A DNA stretch of 64,000 nucleotides from assembly GCF_033153115.1 (NCBI RefSeq), contig NW_026889753.1, positions 7,254,001 through 7,318,000 on the forward strand. Reading direction: 5' to 3'. Positions 1-11,900 of the stretch are shown in pieces; position 1 is the first letter of the stretch, and the number at the start of each line of letters is the position of its first letter. The notes under the pieces were generated by a model that saw nothing but the letters and a program-made list of their open reading frames with translations, made no database searches and was not told the origin of the DNA. A program made the translations under genes and the position numbers. This stretch comes from Saccostrea echinata (Eukaryota).

Positions 1-9
1 TGCGACTTA

Positions 10-348
10 TTTATTTCAACATGCAAGAAAATTATGTTGACATGCGATTTATTCATGTCGACATGCGAGTTGATTATGTTAACATGCAAGATATCATCTT
101 GCTTTTCGACATTATCAGCTTGCATGTCGACATAATTACATGTATCTTGCATGTTGGCACACATAAATATGTTAACATAATTGTCTTGCATGATGGCATA
201 ACATGTCAACATAGTTATCTCGCATGTTAACATAAATATCTTACATTTTCACATAATTAACTCGCGTGTTGAAATGAAGAAATTGCATGTTTCCCTAGTT
301 ATATTGCTTGTTCACATACATAACTCGCATGTCAACATATTTATGTTA
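10..348. repeat. Degenerate ~21-bp minisatellite (ACATGCAAGATAATTATGTTG-like) that flips orientation near 90
   Basis: Recurring catgtcgacata / tatgttaacatg / cttgcatg motifs. Confidence 0.65.
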
Positions 349-350
349 TG

Positions 351-871
351 GTTTTCCGAGGGGTGTCAATTTCAACTGTTACCCTCAAAAACGTGCACTA
401 TTTATTTTATTATACTGAATGTCTTTTTGATTTCGAATGTCATAAAAAAATTCGGACATCGTCGTTAAGTTCACGCTAAGAAAGCTTTCAAACTCCCCGC
501 TTCTATTTTTCTCAATAAGAAAGCTTCGGAATAGATTTACCAACCTCTTTATTGTTTGTTTGCTACTCAAAAAGTCCTTTATCATCTGAAGTTTGCACTC
601 GCAAGGATGTTTCGTCTGTTGTTTGCTGTTTTCAAGTAAGCTACATCGGACACAAGCTTTTATTGACGTCGTTTATTCGGCTTCTTTCAAACGCACAACC
701 GACGTTTTGAGAATTCTACGGTGAACCGTACGCGCATGATTTGAACGCATGTGACATTTTCGTAATGTTACCCGTTGTCAAGTGTGTTGCTAACGCTGAG
801 GGTAACATTACGGATTGTTAAATGCGCCTAAACCAATCAGATTTTAGTATTTAACATGAAAGTATAATAAT
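351..871. mobile_element. Non-autonomous interspersed repeat (Crypton-like, tentative); partial copies at 917-1140 and 2426-2593
   Basis: 351-495 aligns with 917-1058; 700-871 aligns with 2426-2593; shared end aaccaatca..ttagtatttaacatgaaagtataataa. Confidence 0.55.
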
Positions 872-1238
872 AAAAATTGACACACCAAGGAAAACAATTG
901 TCAACCCACGCGTCAGTTTTTCGAAGGGTTTCAATTTCAGTAGTTACCCTAAAAACATGCACTATTTATTTTATTATACTAAATGTCTTATTGATTTAGG
1001 ATGTCAGCGAAAACAATTCGGAGATCGTCGTTAAGTTCACTTTAGAAAGCTTCTAAATGTTAGTTATTTCTGCACTAGCAAGTCTTTTTCGTCTGTCGTT
1101 TGTTGTTTTCAATCAAGCTACTTTGGACGCAAGGTTTGATTACTGTCAGAGAGTGGCTGGGGGGTTCCCAAAATTACAATTCAATTTTGATAAAATAGTT
1201 TTTATTTACAATGTATACAAAACGCACGCGTTTCCTAC

Positions 1239-1314
1239 ATGGCTTAATGGCTGAATGGCGTAATGGCACAATGGCTTAATAGCACAATGGCACAACGGCT
1301 TAATGGCACAATGG
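1239..1314. repeat. 9-bp minisatellite (AATGGCNYN)n, about 8 copies
   Basis: atggcttaatggctgaatggcgtaatggcacaatggc... Confidence 0.8.
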
Positions 1315-2884
1315 GACCGAGAATATTAAACAATTATTGAAACATATAGTAGGCCTTTCAACTGCCGTTAGGGTTCGATGAAAAGAACGATAACCCGTTA
1401 CCGGAACTTGTTTACAGCGGGTCCGAGGAAGCTAACTGTTTTTAAGCATGTCAAGTTTTAGCATTTCCAAAGTGTTCCTTCACTGTCAGCGGAATCCAGT
1501 GGTTTTAAAATTTAGCTCAAATGTTAAGCTTGTTTATCATGTAGTTAACGACACTGTACAATAATATATAAGTGAAATTTTTAATAAAAATAGAAAGTGA
1601 AATCCATCCCCCTTCTTAATTTTGACCTGATTAAATTTTTATACTTGATCGTTCTTCTTCGTGCTTAGTGAAAAGACTAAGATGAATTATTGTTGCATTT
1701 AATTGTAGAAATATATATCTTTATAGATGAAGCACAACAATGCACACACAAAAAACATGGCATTATATTTTCTTCTTCATAACAACTGTCGGAGAGAGTT
1801 AAAAATCTTGAATATAGTCTGTTCCCCATTCATTGATCCCGTTATTCCAGGTATAGAGTGAAGACATTCTCCTTGTTTTGGTCAACCCTTTTGTGTACCA
1901 AAGAATATAAGGAACCCTTTTGTGAACATAACAATACCAATTGAAGCAGCCTATATGTCATTCCTATAAACGATAACTCAAAAATCGGCACTTTGTTGGT
2001 CGTTTTTTACGCTTGAGTTACCTGTCCTTAAAACACATCTTACAAATCAAATATTAATAATTAATTTTTTTATGATTTAATTAAAGGTATGTTTAGTTTA
2101 CAATCTTCTTTTGAGAATTTCATGTACCTACAAATCTATCTATCAACTGTTTTTTACCATATGTGCAACTTGAAAAACTAGTTGAAAGGCCTACATATAG
2201 GGAAAACTTGAGCTGTCTTACAACAAGACTGCTCTGGTCAATTGCTACGCCAATCTGATTTATGAATAGCACGGGATTTAAATCGCCAGGTGAAACCTGC
2301 TTAACAAGCTTAAAAGTATGGAGAACATATTGGGCAATAAATATTAGTTATACAGTAATCTGATAAAAATATATGAAACAATTATGGACATGAATTGTGA
2401 CAATTACGTCAAGTTTATTGGCCAACTGACGTTTTGAGAATTCTACGTAGGCGCATAATTTACACGCATGTGACATTATCGATGTACATGAGTTACCCGT
2501 TGTCATTGTGTTGCTAATGCTGAGGGTAAGATTACAAATCGTTAAATGCGTTTAAACCAATCATATATTAGTATTTAACATGAAAGTATAATAATATAAA
2601 ATGTTTAAATCTATTTATGTTAAATCCCGATCTGTGAGGACTTCATATAACTGAATATAAGTATTGTTTGATGTGATTTATTTACATGTTATTTTTTATA
2701 GGACTGATTGATTGATTATTTAACGATCATACAGTGAATTGGTATCCATGCAGTAAATGATCTTCCTTTGTACAGCTGTGTTTTGTTCATCTTCATAACA
2801 CGGCCACATACGAAAAGTCACCAGTACCAAAATTCCTTACTCTCAAATGGCATTTCTTGGATCATATCAAACAGCATGGACGGC

Positions 2885-3165
2885 ATATATATCTGATGTT
2901 GATGTCCAGCGCATCGCTCAAGCAGTACGAGGCATCATTGTATTCGAAATACGCAACATTATTGATCCTTTAAAAGAAACAAATATCTACTCATCAAAGA
3001 GAACATGACACTTGAAAAGCAATTTGATAATCTCGAAATGTCAGCAGAGTGTGCATCAGAGTCGCAGGAATTTCCGAGGAATAAGAAAACACAGATGATG
3101 TCGTCTTTGACACTGCAACCAAATTGGAAAATTCCTCTCGAAAAGGAGGACATCAGCTCTTGAAT
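2885..3165 (+). pseudogene. Decayed non-LTR retrotransposon ORF1 fragment (coiled coil + RRM start)
   Basis: With frameshifts reads ISDVDVQRIAQAVRGII...KENMTLEKQFDNLEM/SRVCIRVAGISEE*ENTDDVVFDTATKLE/IPLEKEDIS, matching the LINE ORF1 pattern DLEQYSRRNCLRIxGIxE..ENTD..V...DI. Confidence 0.6.
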
Positions 3166-4939
3166 TTTCTCATGCATTCTCTCAGTTTAAATTGTGTCTC
3201 GACCTGTAAGCACTATACTTTACGCGGTAATCATCAAAGGAAAACATCAGTTGCCACTGACAGGAAAGAGATCCTGAAGACAATCTAGAAGATTGATATA
3301 TTACACAATGAAAAGCATGATTTTTCTTAATTTTTTTTTCACTTTTGACAATACATTGAAAATATTTTGAACGATTGAAATGCTATCACCATTCATCGCT
3401 ATAGTATTTGTAGTTGTAAAAACACCTGGATTTCCACACTGTGGACACTTCAAAACGATTGCAAGTGCATTAAAAACCTGGAATCGAAGGTATACGAGAT
3501 TCTCAACTCCTAATCGGGTACCTACATAGTTCTGAAACCATTTGAATAAATACTTATATCATCAAACGTGCTTTGTATACTCTGTTTCAATGTAGCCACC
3601 GTTTATCAAAGCGGCCTGATTAGAAGTAAATTAATGGTCATTAGATTAATACAGACTTGACCTCTGATTTTTCATAGGGATGAGAAACATAATTTCTTTG
3701 TCAAAAAATTAAAACTAAAATATACGTTTACTTGCAACTAAGTAGAATGCATATGAGGCAGTTTAATTTAAGTACTGAAAACACTGATATCAGGAATACA
3801 AGAAAAAATGATCCTGCAAGGGTATGCTGCTTCACTGCCTGCCTGCGGTATATCACATATAATACATATGAATCCGAATCTTGTCCTGTAGCTGTTTTAA
3901 ATACTAAATTTGAAGAAATACATATAAGTAATTTCTCTAACTACAATAATAAATCAATATAAAAGAGAATCGAGGTACAGGAGAGATATTGCTTCTAAGA
4001 AATCAGCCGAGACTTCAATTAATGTGCAACTAGAATTTAATTTATCATGAAGGTCCGAAAAAATGTTTTGAACCTCAGACCTTGAAAAAGGTCAAAATGG
4101 TTGTGTATAAAAGAAAAACAGTATGACGTATTCCTTTTTCAAGATTTGTATTATTATACATGTATGAAAATTTGCATTTCCACATTTCCATCAGATGGAA
4201 TAAAAAAGGAGCTATACACCTAACCTTTTCAAGTGACGTTGTCTTCAATTTATTTAAGGATAAATTGGACATGGTTTTAAATTGTTAACAGGGAATCAAA
4301 GAATTATAATCTGAAAGTAGCATATAAGCTATCCGATGCATAATTGGGGAAAAAAGTCACATCACAGAAAGTGTGATCATATTTCATAGGCCAATATATT
4401 TACGAAGAAGCTTAATAAAATATTTTTCATAATTTGATGGTCAATGCGTAATTATATAATTTTAAGAGAAAATATTTACTGATTTTTAAGAAAAGATAAC
4501 TATTAAACTAAAAGTCAGTTAAAGGACTTTGTCCATGCATTTCCTGTATTTCACGTTGTTTGATATTCTTATTCTATTTTTTCAACAATTCAATAAGTAT
4601 AATTTATGTTGAATGTATACTGAAAAGTGCAAATATCCATCAATTATAGATCTATAGACTTCTAACCATTTGAAAACATATGACATGTTACATGCATGTA
4701 GTTACTAGTAAAGTTGATTTCCTCAAAGTACACAATAACAGTGCATCGAAGGGACAATATATAAACAATTTGAGAATGTCAATGATGTTGAACCTAAAGT
4801 CAGTCATTAATGCAAATATTTGAAAACAATAGAAACTATATTTATTTGCAAACAAGGTAATTATTAACTACCATAGAATTTTAGAAATACTGACATAAAG
4901 GTGTATTTGAAATCCCTGTAACATACAATTTATTTTTCA

Positions 4940-5275
4940 TAACCTGCTTCGGTTTAAAAAATTGATCGTACTCAGAGCATGCTCTTGAGTATTGAGTAGG
5001 TTGTGAGACATAAACAGCATTAACAGGTGATTGTAGAATATGACTACATAAATATGGAAAGTTGACAATTGAAAAGCTGAGGCCATCTCGTTTGTCATAC
5101 AGTTTATTTGTAAGTTAATGTTTATATTAATTAAAACATCCAAATAGAAAAAAGATGTGGCAGATGTGTCTTTGATATCGTGTTCACTGCGATATATCGA
5201 ATCAACCTATGGATGGAAGTATACTATTGTTAATTGATAAAATGTCGTAGATATATCTGAATGTAGAATTAATGT
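4940..5275 (-). mobile_element. Penelope-like (Naiad) RT C-terminal fragment
   Basis: FRYIYDILSINN..YLDVL..YDKRDGLSFSIVNFPYLCS..YSRACSEYDQF across frameshifts; aligns with 45650-45970. Confidence 0.8.
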
Positions 5276-5854
5276 TTTTAATGAGAAATGTTTATAAAGA
5301 TAAAATAATAAGCGTTGTACGGTAACAAAATTTCTCCGATATGTTATACAGTTTTCGTTTTCATGTAATTGCTTTATTGGACAAATCATTGCATGAACGG
5401 TTATTCTTTTTAAAATGAAATTTAAATTAAAAAACATAATCCTAAATAAATGTTTCAAATAAATAAATGCATGTTCATAACACATGTGCAGAAAAATAAC
5501 ACAAGTTATTAAATTAAAATAAACATATGTATCATAAAAAAATGCATACATCTTTATTAAAAATGAAAGGAGTAATAACATTCACTTTGGGAGGTTAATT
5601 TCAGGGAAAGGATTGTTCATAAGTTCTTCCCATATGTTACAAATATGGGTTGAAAATTTCTCTGTCATCTGTCTTCTAGTTTCTTAAACGATCGGATCTG
5701 AATGTTTTATGCTAAGTAGTAAAAACACATATCTTCTCCACAACATAAATAGGTGGGAGGAGTGGTAATTATAACCCTGACAAGTAATGTACGTCGTCAC
5801 ACAAAGCCACTCATTTAGATCACTATTGTTGTTTTAGTACGTCGTATGCCTTCA

Positions 5855-5956
5855 CTACAATTTATTCATCTCTGTTTTTGAATCCTTACTTTGGTGTTTC
5901 TTGTTTAAAATCACACTGAGAATTAGACAGATTACAGGAAGCAAAAGGGACACACC
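5855..5956 (-). CDS. Tetraspanin-like gene exon 8 (TM4, cytoplasmic tail, stop)
   Basis: GTTTTAG| GVSLLLPVICLILSVILNKKHQSKDSKTEMNKL TAG, 102 nt. Confidence 0.7.
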   Translation of the reverse strand, partial: GVSLLLPVICLILSVILNKKHQSKDSKTEMNKL

Positions 5957-8900
5957 CTAAAACACATGTATAAAAATTAGGTATGAAATTAGCAGTGGTA
6001 GTATTAGTAGTACATGTAATGGTTATATATGTAGTAACTAGTAAGTAGTAGTATACGTTATATTTGTGGTATAAATAAGTATAAATAATTATTAGTAATG
6101 TTCGGAAGCAATAGTGTATTAAGTTCTACATGTACAAGTACAGTGGCAGTAAATAATAGTTGTTATATGAAGAAGAATTAAATACTAGTAAGTATTAGTC
6201 CTAGTAGTAACAGTACTAGTAAGTAGAAGTCGTAGTAGTAACAGTACTAGTAAGTATTAGTCATAGTAGTAACAGTACTAGTAAGTAGTAGTCGTAGTAG
6301 TAACAGTACTAGTAAGTAGTAGTCGTACATGTAGTAGTGACAGTACTAGTAAGTAGTAGTCGTAGTAGTAACAGTACTAGTAAGTAGTAGTCTTAGTAGT
6401 AACAGTACTAGTAAGTAGTAGTCGTAGTAGTAACAGTACTAATAAGTAGAAGTCGTAGTAGTAACAGTACTAGTAAGTAGTAGTCGTGGTAGTAACAGTA
6501 CTAGTAAGTAGTAGTCGTAGTAGTAACAGTACTAGTAAGTAGTAGTCGTAGTAGTAACAGTACTAGTAAGTAGCAGTCATAGTAGTAACAGTACTAGTAA
6601 GTAGCAGTCGTAGTAGTAACAGTACTAGTAAGTAGTAGTCGTAGTAGTAACAGTACTAGTTAGTAGTAGTCGTAGTAGTAACAGTACTAGTAAGTAGAAG
6701 TCGTAGTAGTAACAGTACTAGTAAGAATAAGTCGTAGTAGTAACAGTACTAGTAAGTAGTAGTCGTAGTAGTAACAGTACTAGTAAGTAGTAGTCGTAGT
6801 AGTAACAGTACTAGTAAGTAGATGTCGTAGTAGTAACAGTACTAGTAAGTAGTAGTCGTAGTAGTAACAGTACTAGTAAGAATAAGTCATAGTAGTAACA
6901 GTACTAGTAAGTAGACGTCGTAGTAGTAACAGTACTAGTAAGTAGTAGTCGTAGTAGTAACAGTACTAGTAAGTAGTAGTCGTAGTAGTAACAGTACTAG
7001 TAAGTAGAAGTCGTAGTAGTAACAGTACTAGTAAGTAGTAGTCGTAGTAGTAACAGTACTAGTAAGTAGTAGTCGTAGTAGTAACAGTACTAGTAAGAAT
7101 AAGTTGAGTAGTAACAGTACTAGTATGTAGTAGTCGTAGTAGTAACAGTACTAGTAAGTAGTAGTCGTAGTAGTAACAGTACTAGTAAGTAGTAGTCGTA
7201 GTAGTAACAGTACTAGTAAGTAGTAGTCGTAGTAGTAACAGTACTAGTAAGTAGTAGTCGTAGTAGTAACAGTACTAGTAAATAGAATTCGTAGTAGTAA
7301 CAGTACTAGTTAGTAGACGTCGTAGTAGTAACAGTGCTAGTAAGTAGTAGTCGTAGTAGTAACAGTACTAGTAAGTAGACGTCGTAGTAGTAACAGTACT
7401 AGTAAGTAGAAGTCGTAGTAGTAACAGTACTAGTAAGTAGACGTCGTAGTAGTAACAGTACTAGTAAGTAGAAGTCGTAGTAGTAACAGTACTAGTAAGT
7501 AGTAGTCGTAGTAGTAACAGTACTAGTAAGTAGAAGTCGTAGTAGTAACAGTACTAGTAAGTAGCAGTCGTAGTAGTAACAGTACTAGTAAGTAGAAGTC
7601 GTAGTAGTAACAGTACTAGTAAGTAGTAGTCGTAGTAGTAACAGTACTAGTAAGTAGTAGTCGTAGTAGTAACAGTACTAGTAAGTAGCAGTCGTAGTAG
7701 TAACAGTACTAGTAAGTAGTAGTCGTAGTAGTAACAGTACTAGTAAGTAGTAGTCGTAGTAGTAACAGTACTAGTAAGTAGTAGTCGTAGTAGTAACAGT
7801 ACTAGTAAGTAGACGTCGTAGTAGTAACAGTACTAGTAAGTAGTAGTCGTAGTAGTAACAGTACTAGTAAGTAGAAGTCGTAGTAGTAACAATACTAGTA
7901 AGTAGCAGTCGTAGTAGTAACAGTGCTGGTAAGTAGTAGTCGTAGTAGTAACAGTACTAGTAAGTAGTAGTCGTACATGTAGTAGTAACAGTACTAGTTA
8001 GAAGTAGTCGTAGTAGTAACAGTACTAGTAAGTAGTAGTCGTAGTAGTAACAGTACTAGTAAGTAGTAGTCGTAGTAGTAACAGTACTAGTAAGTAGTAG
8101 TCGTAGTAGTAACAGTTCTAGTAAGTAGTAGTCGTAGTAGTAACAGTACTAGTAAGTAGTAGTCGTAGTAGTAACAGTTCTAGTAAGTAGTAGTCGTAGT
8201 AGTAACAGTGCTGGTAAGTAGTAGTCTTAGTAGTAACAGTGCTAGTAAGTAGAAGTCGTAGTAGTAACAGTGCTGGTAAGTAGTAGTCGTAGTAGTAACA
8301 GTACTAGTAAGTAGCAGTCGTAGTAGTAACAGTACTAGTAAGTAGTAGTCGTACATGTAGTAGTAACAGTACTAGTTAGAAGTAGCCGTAGTAGTAACAG
8401 TACTAGTAAGTAGTAGTCGTAGTAGTAACAGTACTAGTAAGTAGTAGTCGTAGTAGTAACAGTGCTGGTAAGTAGTAGTCTTAGTAGTAACAGTACTAGT
8501 AAGTAGAAGTCGTAGTAGTAACAGTACTAGTAAGTAGTAGTCGTAGTAGTAACAGTTCTAGTAAGTAGTAGTCGTAGTAGTAACAGTACTAGTAAGTAGT
8601 AGTCGTAGTAGTAACAGTTCTAGTAAGTAGTAGTCGTAGTAGTAACAGTGCTGGTAAGTAGTAGTCTTAGTAGTAACAGTACTAGTAAGTAGTAGTCGTA
8701 GTAGTAACAGTTCTAGTAAGTAGTAGTCGTAGTAGTAACAGTGCTGGTAAGTAGTAGTCGTAGTAGTAACAGTACTAGTAAGTAGTAGTCGTACATGTAG
8801 TAGTAACAGTACTAGTTAGAAGTAGTCGTAGTAGTAACAGTACTAGTAAGTAGTAGTCGTAGTAGTAACAGTACTAATAAGTAGAAGTCGTAGTAGTAAC

Positions 8901-11900
8901 AGTACTAGTAAGTAGTAGTCGTAGTAGTAACAGTACTAGTAAGTAGTAGTCGTAGTAGTAACAGTACTAGTAAGTAGTAGTCGTAGTAGTAACAGTACTA
9001 GTAAGTAGACATCGTAGTAGTAACAGTGCTGGTAAGTAGTAGTCTTAGTAGTAACAGTACTAGTAAGTAGTAGTCGTAGTAGTAACAGTACTAGTAAGTA
9101 GTAGTCGTAGTAGTAACAGTTCTAGTAAGTAGTCGTACATGTAGTAGTAACAGTACTAGTAAGTAGTAGTCGTAGTAGTAACAGTGCTGGTAAGTAGTAG
9201 TCGTAGTAGTAACAGTACTAGTAAGTAGTAGTCGTAGTAGTAACAGTTCTAGTAAGTAGTCGTACATGTAGTAGTAACAGTACTAGTAAGTAGTAGTCGT
9301 AGTAGTAACAGTTCTAGTAAGTAGTAGTCGTAGTAGTAACAGTGCTGGTAAGTAGTAGTCTTAGTAGTAACAGTACTAGTAAGTAGTAGTCGTAGTAGTA
9401 ACAGTACTAGTAAGTAGTAGTCGTAGTAGTAACAGTACTAGTAAGTAGTAGTCGTAGTAGTAACAGTTCTAGTAAGTAGTAGTCGTAGTAGTAACAGTGC
9501 TGGTAAGTAGTAGTCTTAGTAGTAACAGTACTAGTAAGTAGTAGTCGTAGTAGTAACAGTACTAGTAAGTAGTAGTCTTAGTAGTAACAGTACTAGTAAG
9601 TAGTAGTCGTAGTAGTAACAGTACTAGTAAGTAGTAGTCGTAGTAGTAACAGTACTAGTAAGTAGACATCGTAGTAGTAACAGTGCTGGTAAGTAGTAGT
9701 CTTAGTAGTAACAGTACTAGTAAGTAGTAGTCGTAGTAGTAACAGTACTAGTAAGTAGTAGTCGTAGTAGTAACAGTTCTAGTAAGTAGTCGTACATGTA
9801 GTAGTAACAGTACTAGTAAGTAGTAGTCGTAGTAGTAACAGTGCTGGTAAGTAGTAGTCGTAGTAGTAACAGTACTAGTAAGTAGTAGTCGTAGTAGTAA
9901 CAGTTCTAGTAAGTAGTCGTACATGTAGTAGTAACAGTACTAGTAAGTAGTAGTCGTAGTAGTAACAGTTCTAGTAAGTAGTAGTCGTAGTAGTAACAGT
10001 GCTGGTAAGTAGTAGTCTTAGTAGTAACAGTACTAGTAAGTAGTAGTCGTAGTAGTAACAGTACTAGTAAGTAGTAGTCGTAGTAGTAACAGTACTAGTA
10101 AGTAGTAGTCGTAGTAGTAACAGTTCTAGTAAGTAGTCGTACATGTAGTAGTAACAGTACTAGTAAGTAGACGTCGTAGTAGTAACAGTGCTGGTAAGTA
10201 AAATTAAAAAGCATTAAATATTAGAAGTACAGTAGTAGCAGTATAGTAGTAGTAGAAGTATTTGCATTATTAGGAGTACTAGTTAGAAGATGAAAGAAGT
10301 ACTAGACTAATAGCAGTTACTATAGTTTGTAACTAGTTATAACAATAATAAAGTAACACGCAAAAGAAACACAACAAGCAGTAAATTACAAATATCTGAA
10401 TTTTTTAGTATTTAAAAATAGTAATATTAATAATAATATACTAGTACCTAACATTTTGTGATTCAATGTGGTTTCTATTCAGTGAGTTGTTTGTTTGTTT
10501 TTTTTTTTTACACCTTAGTCTTTTATGAAGGAATGAAATAAAGAATATAATATCCAATCCAAAACTTTTATGTCATATTATAATAAATTAAAAGGTATTT
10601 CGGCAACTTTTTTGCTTTCCAGTTGGCTTTCTTTCGCTGCATAACAATTCTAACATTAATCATCAGCGGAGTGAGATAACGAGAAAAGTGTTTAAAAGTA
10701 GGATCTGTTATTTCAATGATTTTTAATCTAAATTTTAACTTTTCGTCGATTTTAAATGTTCATGTTTTTCATGCACATACATAAATATATGTTGATGATA
10801 GAACGGGGCGTCAGAAAAAAAATGTAGGGAATGTAAAATCACTGTTTTAAGTGGTAACATGATCAAGATCTACAAAACTGGATTATTAGTTACGATGTTT
10901 ATTTGAGTTGTGTGAATCGTTATTTTTATCATTCATATCATTTCTCAAAATCTGAATTTGGATTGCAAAAGTATAACTCATACCTTTATATAACTTAATC
11001 TTTTCCAGTATATGGTTACATCCTCCAAGTACTTATTTTGTTCCTTTTGCTTTTCCTTTTGTTGTTGTATATAAACATCCTTTCGTGACTGAAGCTCCTC
11101 TTTCACTACTTTAAAACATCCCTGCAATAACAGGCAAGTTAAAACAAGATATTATGAGAAAGTGGATCATCCGATTTCATGAATTTTATTGGCTTTATGT
11201 ATGTACACTGTTTATTTATTTTTACCTCTTTATAGAAGCCGGACTTTACATATTCGTGGCAAATTCTGTTGGTGTTTGAAGGATTTTTTGCAGAATAACT
11301 TTCACAGCAAGTCTTTGGTATCTGCGAGTTTGTTTGCTGACAGTCTCCAGATGTTGTACACCATGGAGTTGTGTCAAAGTCATTCGTGGTAGAGTTTATG
11401 GGGTTTACAGCACAACAGTTACGCTGGAAGTATATAAAGCAGCGAGCTTATGAAAAATTAGTAAACTCCACTTGTCAAGCAGAGTTTTTTGTTTCATATT
11501 TTTATTTAAGAAAGCTTCTTTGCATATGTCCACTACGGTGAATGGGAACATCTCAAAACTAATTTCCCTTACCAAATTGCTTTGAAAGCAGTAGAACTTC
11601 ATCAAGTCTGCTGCACCTTTGCAGCAAACATAAGTTTGTCGCTGTAAGATAACTTTCTTAGCTTGTTGGCAGATGAATGCCGCTAGCTCTAATCTTGCGA
11701 GCTGCGGGAACTCATGTCTATATAGAGGAACATTGCAAGAAACACACATACACGTACCATTCTGTTGTTTGCAACAGATTTGCAAGAGACATTTTACAAA
11801 TTGATTGTTTGCAGGAAATTTGCAAGAATAGTAAATACATGTAAGTCGAATTAGCCAATGAAATTCAGATTGTGTTTAGTTCAACACAAAATTTGTAATT

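Noticed and set aside
5207-5581. Hydrophobic ORFs (also 24450, 50745, 53973, 58161, 62335)
   Set aside because: F/I/L/Y-rich translations expected from AT-rich non-coding DNA; no domain or splice support.
6183-10200. 31-bp repeats as a CRISPR array or a Thr/Ser-rich mucin ORF
   Set aside because: Units are contiguous with no unique spacers; 31 is not a multiple of 3, and stops recur on both strands.
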